The notes under the pieces: model-generated
What the model saw: the letters and a program-made list of their open reading frames with translations, nothing else
Database searches by the model: none
Told to the model about the DNA's origin: nothing
Source: a virus
Taxonomy: Duplodnaviria; Caudoviricetes
Virus record (IMG/VR): IMGVR_UViG_3300042483_000317
Location: 434 to 64,433 of that record
Length of the DNA: 64,000 nt
Strand: one strand, 5' to 3'
Translations under genes and position numbers: made by a program
Part shown: one piece after another, positions 60,488 through 64,000 of the stretch
Layout: every line of letters starts with the position of its first letter
How positions within the stretch are numbered: the first letter of the stretch is position 1

Positions 60488-62026
60488 ATGAAACATATTG
60501 AAAATAAAATCAAACTCATTACGGAAGAGATAAAAGAAATTGAAAAATTAGACAATCAAAAACTCTTTCTTAATGAGATGAAAAAAATAGGAATTGAAAA
60601 ACTACCATATTCCTATTCAGCACTAAAACAATTTATTGATGCTGAAACAATGAACTACCATTATAATAAACATTATAAAGGTTACGTTGAGAAACTAAAC
60701 GCCGCTCTTAAAAACAAAGATTATGGTGATTTAGAACTTGAAGAAATTATTAAATCAATCAGTAGATTTAATCAAACAATTCGAAACAATGCCGGTGGAG
60801 CTTTTAACCACGCACTTTTTTGGAAAATGTTATCACCTAAAACTCAAACTCCAAATGGTGAGGTAATCAAACAAATTAAAAAAGATTTTAATACTTTCGC
60901 AAACTTTAAAAAAGAATTTGAAACCGTTGCCAAAGAAAGATTTGGTTCCGGTTGGGTTTGGTTGGTCTTAACTAAAAGGAACACTTTAAAAATTGTGTCC
61001 ACACAAAATCAAGATAACCCTCTTATGAATTCAATTGAAGATGGTGGATATCCTGTATTAGGGTTAGATTTATGGGAACACGCGTATTACTTAAAATACA
61101 GAAATAAAAAAGACGATTATATTAAAAACTTTTGGAAATGTGTTAATTGGGAATTTGTTAACAAACTATATACAATGAGAGTCGATAACAAATTAAATGA
61201 AAGCATTTCACTTAAATCTGTAATATCTGAAGGTAAATCTGAAAGATGTAGTCGAGAAATGAATGAGGCAATCAGAATGGTGTTTAATATTAATCCTAAA
61301 GTTAAAACAATTTTTAAAGATAGTATTAATCAAATAATGAAAGAAGTTTTTCCCGATAACTATTATGGGAATAATGAATACTCCGAAGGTGAAGTTTCAG
61401 GTGTATATGATTTAGAAAAAGATGGTCGTTCAGTTTTAAACAAATTAAACACAAACTATAGTTGTTTTTGTATTTTATTGAATGATATTAATCAAGTATT
61501 AAAATCAAAGAACGAACCTGAAATAAAAATAGTCGGGCTAAAACCTTTTGAACAAATTAGTGAAGTTAAAAAATTAGTTAATGTATTAAACGAATATAAA
61601 TTCAGAATTTTTTCACAAAAATCGTCAACATTTCAAAATCTTATGAAAGTTCTAACCCAAACAGATAGTTGGGGACAATCTCGTGAAGATAAGACCATTG
61701 AGATTTTAAAAAAACAATTTGGTAAAGATAATGTTAATGCTGTTGGTAAACTTGGTAGTAAAGAAGATATGATTGGTGGTATTGATTGTGAAGTTATAGT
61801 TGATGGGGTTAAAAAAACCGCACAAATTAAACCATTTACAGGAGAAAAAGAAATAGACAACTCTGTTATGATTTTAGGAACCGCTAATGTTAAAAGATAT
61901 TCAACAGATTGGTTAATATTCACTCGTAATAATAAAGAAGTTTTAATCTTTGATAATAAACATTCAAAAATAATGGATGGTCAGTATATTTTCCCTAAAG
62001 AAGACCTGATTTATACATTAAGTTGA
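60488..62026 (+). CDS. sod: Fe/Mn superoxide dismutase fused to a C-terminal PD-(D/E)XK-like nuclease domain
   Basis: LPYSYSAL, HYNKH, NNAGGAFNH, FGSGWVWL, NQDNP and DLWEHAYY; C-terminal G...E...D..GID...QIK. Confidence 0.85.
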   Translation: MKHIENKIKLITEEIKEIEKLDNQKLFLNEMKKIGIEKLPYSYSALKQFIDAETMNYHYNKHYKGYVEKLNAALKNKDYGDLELEEIIKSISRFNQTIRNNAGGAFNHALFWKMLSPKTQTPNGEVIKQIKKDFNTFANFKKEFETVAKERFGSGWVWLVLTKRNTLKIVSTQNQDNPLMNSIEDGGYPVLGLDLWEHAYYLKYRNKKDDYIKNFWKCVNWEFVNKLYTMRVDNKLNESISLKSVISEGKSERCSREMNEAIRMVFNINPKVKTIFKDSINQIMKEVFPDNYYGNNEYSEGEVSGVYDLEKDGRSVLNKLNTNYSCFCILLNDINQVLKSKNEPEIKIVGLKPFEQISEVKKLVNVLNEYKFRIFSQKSSTFQNLMKVLTQTDSWGQSREDKTIEILKKQFGKDNVNAVGKLGSKEDMIGGIDCEVIVDGVKKTAQIKPFTGEKEIDNSVMILGTANVKRYSTDWLIFTRNNKEVLIFDNKHSKIMDGQYIFPKEDLIYTLS

Positions 62027-62047
62027 TATTTATAAAATAAAAACATT

Positions 62048-63190
62048 ATGGCAATATTGACTGGAGCAACATACCAAACAGCTATTATACCGGAACCGGA
62101 TAGAACTAAACTATATACTAGAATTAAACATCTATTAGGAGCACCATTAAGAAGTGTTGAATTAGAAGATGAACAAATGGATAGTTTATTAGAATTGTCT
62201 ATTGGTGATTATTCACAATATATACAAGATTGGTTAATTGAATCTCAATGGACCTCATTATACAATTTAAATTTAGATACCGAATCATTATCAAGAGCAT
62301 TCATTACAAAAAGTTTAGATTGGGAAACAAGATATACTTACGCATACTCTAAAATTGTTGGATTACAAGCCGGTGGTGATTGGGTGTTGAAAAAAGATTT
62401 TGTTCAATTAGTCCCAAACCAACAAATATACGAAATCCCTGCAAACCGAGAGATAAACGAAGTATTATGGTTTACACCTTCAGAATTAAATGGATTGCTA
62501 TTTGACCCGTGGACTTTTGGTGGTTTAGGTGGTGGTGGTATGGGTGGACCGGGTGGTTTCGCTCAAATGGGAGCATCGGGGTCTTATTTTATGATGCCAG
62601 CATTTGATATGTTATTGAGAATGCAAGAGATTAATATCCAACGAAGAATTATCGCGGGAGATTTAACATATACCATTACAGCATTACCTGAAGGTAAAAA
62701 AGCATTACACTTAATGAATACTCCGGGAGGTAAATTTGATTTTGGTAATCAAACTATGGCTAGAGGTAAAGTTTGGTATTGGTATTATGATGTTGGTCCG
62801 GCCGATAGAGATAATTGTTTAAAAAACAATCCGGATATTATAAAACTACCATCAGACGTTCCAATTGATTCAATGTCTTGGATTGATTTAAATAATCCAG
62901 CGCAACAATTTGTTAGAAGATGGTTTACCGCATATTGTAAAGAAACATTATCAAGAGTTCGAGGTAAATTTAGTGGTAACATTAAAACACCTGATAGTGA
63001 ATTAACAATGGATTACGCAACTTTAGCGACTGAAGGTAAAGATGAGAAAGCAAAACTTGAAGAAGAATTAAAATTAAGACTTGAAAGATTACGTCCTGAA
63101 AAAATGATGGAACGAGAAGCATTACTTGCGGAAAATTTAAATAAACAACTTAAGTTTAGAGCAATGCCAAGACAAATTTATGTTATATAA
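62048..63190 (+). CDS. Neck / head-tail adaptor protein (T4 gp13-like)
   Basis: IKHLLGAPLRSVELEDEQ and AYCKETLSRVRGKF..I..P. Confidence 0.8.
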   Translation: MAILTGATYQTAIIPEPDRTKLYTRIKHLLGAPLRSVELEDEQMDSLLELSIGDYSQYIQDWLIESQWTSLYNLNLDTESLSRAFITKSLDWETRYTYAYSKIVGLQAGGDWVLKKDFVQLVPNQQIYEIPANREINEVLWFTPSELNGLLFDPWTFGGLGGGGMGGPGGFAQMGASGSYFMMPAFDMLLRMQEINIQRRIIAGDLTYTITALPEGKKALHLMNTPGGKFDFGNQTMARGKVWYWYYDVGPADRDNCLKNNPDIIKLPSDVPIDSMSWIDLNNPAQQFVRRWFTAYCKETLSRVRGKFSGNIKTPDSELTMDYATLATEGKDEKAKLEEELKLRLERLRPEKMMEREALLAENLNKQLKFRAMPRQIYVI

Positions 63191-63192
63191 CT

Positions 63193-63564
63193 ATGAATAC
63201 AGTATCAAATAGATTAACAAGAAAAACAATTAATGATAGACGATTTTTAAGTAATACTTTAATCGAAACACAAGAACCTGAAATAATTCCAATGAAAAAA
63301 ATAATAACTGACGCAGAATATAAAACCAATGGTGAAGTTTTAATTGTGGTTAAAGACATTGATTCCTCTAACATTACATTAGACTCTAACACAACAGAAC
63401 ACATTATAATTAAAGCACTAACCAAAGTTTTTATCAGACCTAGTTCGGGTAAAATTGATGAATTTTACGATGAAATATTTATAGATTGGGGCGCATGTGT
63501 TGAATTTTATCTATTAGAAAATAATTGGTATATTGTTTCATCAGATGGTTTAAAATTAGAATAA
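63193..63564 (+). CDS. Small beta-rich putative virion protein
   Basis: 123 aa directly after the neck gene, ending at a terminator. Confidence 0.5.
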   Translation: MNTVSNRLTRKTINDRRFLSNTLIETQEPEIIPMKKIITDAEYKTNGEVLIVVKDIDSSNITLDSNTTEHIIIKALTKVFIRPSSGKIDEFYDEIFIDWGACVEFYLLENNWYIVSSDGLKLE

Positions 63565-63591
63565 AAAAAGGTGTCGAATATGACACCTTTT
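63563..63591. terminator. Bidirectional intrinsic terminator
   Basis: Stem aaaaggtgtc/gacacctttt between convergent genes. Confidence 0.85.
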
Positions 63592-63596
63592 CTGTT

Positions 63597-64000
63597 TTAA
63601 TTAATATGGTCTTCCCAACCAGGTTCAGCTAAATCATAAATGTATTCTGAACTAACACCAACTCTATCCCAAAACTTTAATTCTAAATCTGTTATAGTTA
63701 ATAAATCCTCAATAGTGTCTTGGTCTGCTTCTTTATTTGGGATACCACCAATTAACTCACATTGAGTTTTAGTAAAGAACCCTCTATCTTCCGGATTAGC
63801 CACTAATAAACTTTCTCTTAACTCTTTATTAAAAACAATCAATAATGGTTCAACTTTTTTATTAAATGTTGAAATTGCTCTTGGAACATTATATTCTCCG
63901 GTCAAATCAGGATTATTTTCTATTTCAGTTTGGTCTAACATATAACAATTAAGTTGAATTGTTGAGGTAGATTTATCTTCGGGTTCTACACCATTTACTG
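63597..64000 (-). CDS. C-terminal end of a probable family-B DNA polymerase (gene begins beyond the window)
   Basis: Frame is open to the window edge; EYNVPRAISTFNKKVEPLL resembles the PolB C-terminal region. No catalytic motifs are visible. Confidence 0.45.
   Translation of the reverse strand, partial: VNGVEPEDKSTSTIQLNCYMLDQTEIENNPDLTGEYNVPRAISTFNKKVEPLLIVFNKELRESLLVANPEDRGFFTKTQCELIGGIPNKEADQDTIEDLLTITDLELKFWDRVGVSSEYIYDLAEPGWEDHIN

Noticed and set aside
53-63425. Short ORFs in the track overlapping long genes (e.g. 53..292, 4297..4479, 7018..7218, 10782..11015, 27846..28289, 29900..30205, 32950..33222, 39879..40166, 61633..61923, 63183..63425)
   Set aside because: Antisense or alternate-frame shadows of well-supported genes, with no recognisable motifs.
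1-64000. Stop-codon reassignment, introns or inteins
   Set aside because: Long ORFs are intact in the standard code, TAG and TGA end genes at sensible places, and nrdA, helicase and recombinase have normal lengths.

Overview
AT-rich, densely coding 64-kb segment of a large T4-like (contractile-tailed) dsDNA phage in the standard genetic code, probably infecting a Bacteroidota host (inferred from SprB-type repeats, the nrdAB type and A/T-rich starts without Shine-Dalgarno motifs). Most of the window is tail, baseplate and neck morphogenesis: adhesin-like SprB/PKD/LRR proteins, baseplate wedge, gp25, hub, gp53, tape measure, gp26-like chaperone, tube, sheath, tail terminator and neck. A replication block (SSB, RecA/UvsX, 5'-3' exonuclease, helicase, nrdB, nrdA) is embedded in it with its own promoter and terminators. 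Also present are RuvC, a SNF2 helicase, a HAD phosphatase, an alpha/beta hydrolase, a SOD-nuclease fusion, and partial glycosyltransferase and DNA polymerase genes at the edges. Main leads: (1) a probable +1 ribosomal frameshift (UUU CGG) extending the gp26-like chaperone just upstream of the tape measure gene; (2) a 44/45-nt in-frame inverted repeat in the Thr/Pro linkers of two convergent adhesin genes, whose recombination would swap their tips; (3) a putative peptide O-glycosyltransferase plus mucin-like tracts on several virion proteins; (4) enzymes with (I/L)-x-E leaders that may be capsid-packaged cargo, including the SOD-nuclease fusion; (5) a TATTTAT(A) late-promoter motif; (6) an unannotated RHH gene with an operator array. 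No tRNA, rRNA, CRISPR array or mobile element was seen. All product calls come from motif recognition by eye, not database searches.
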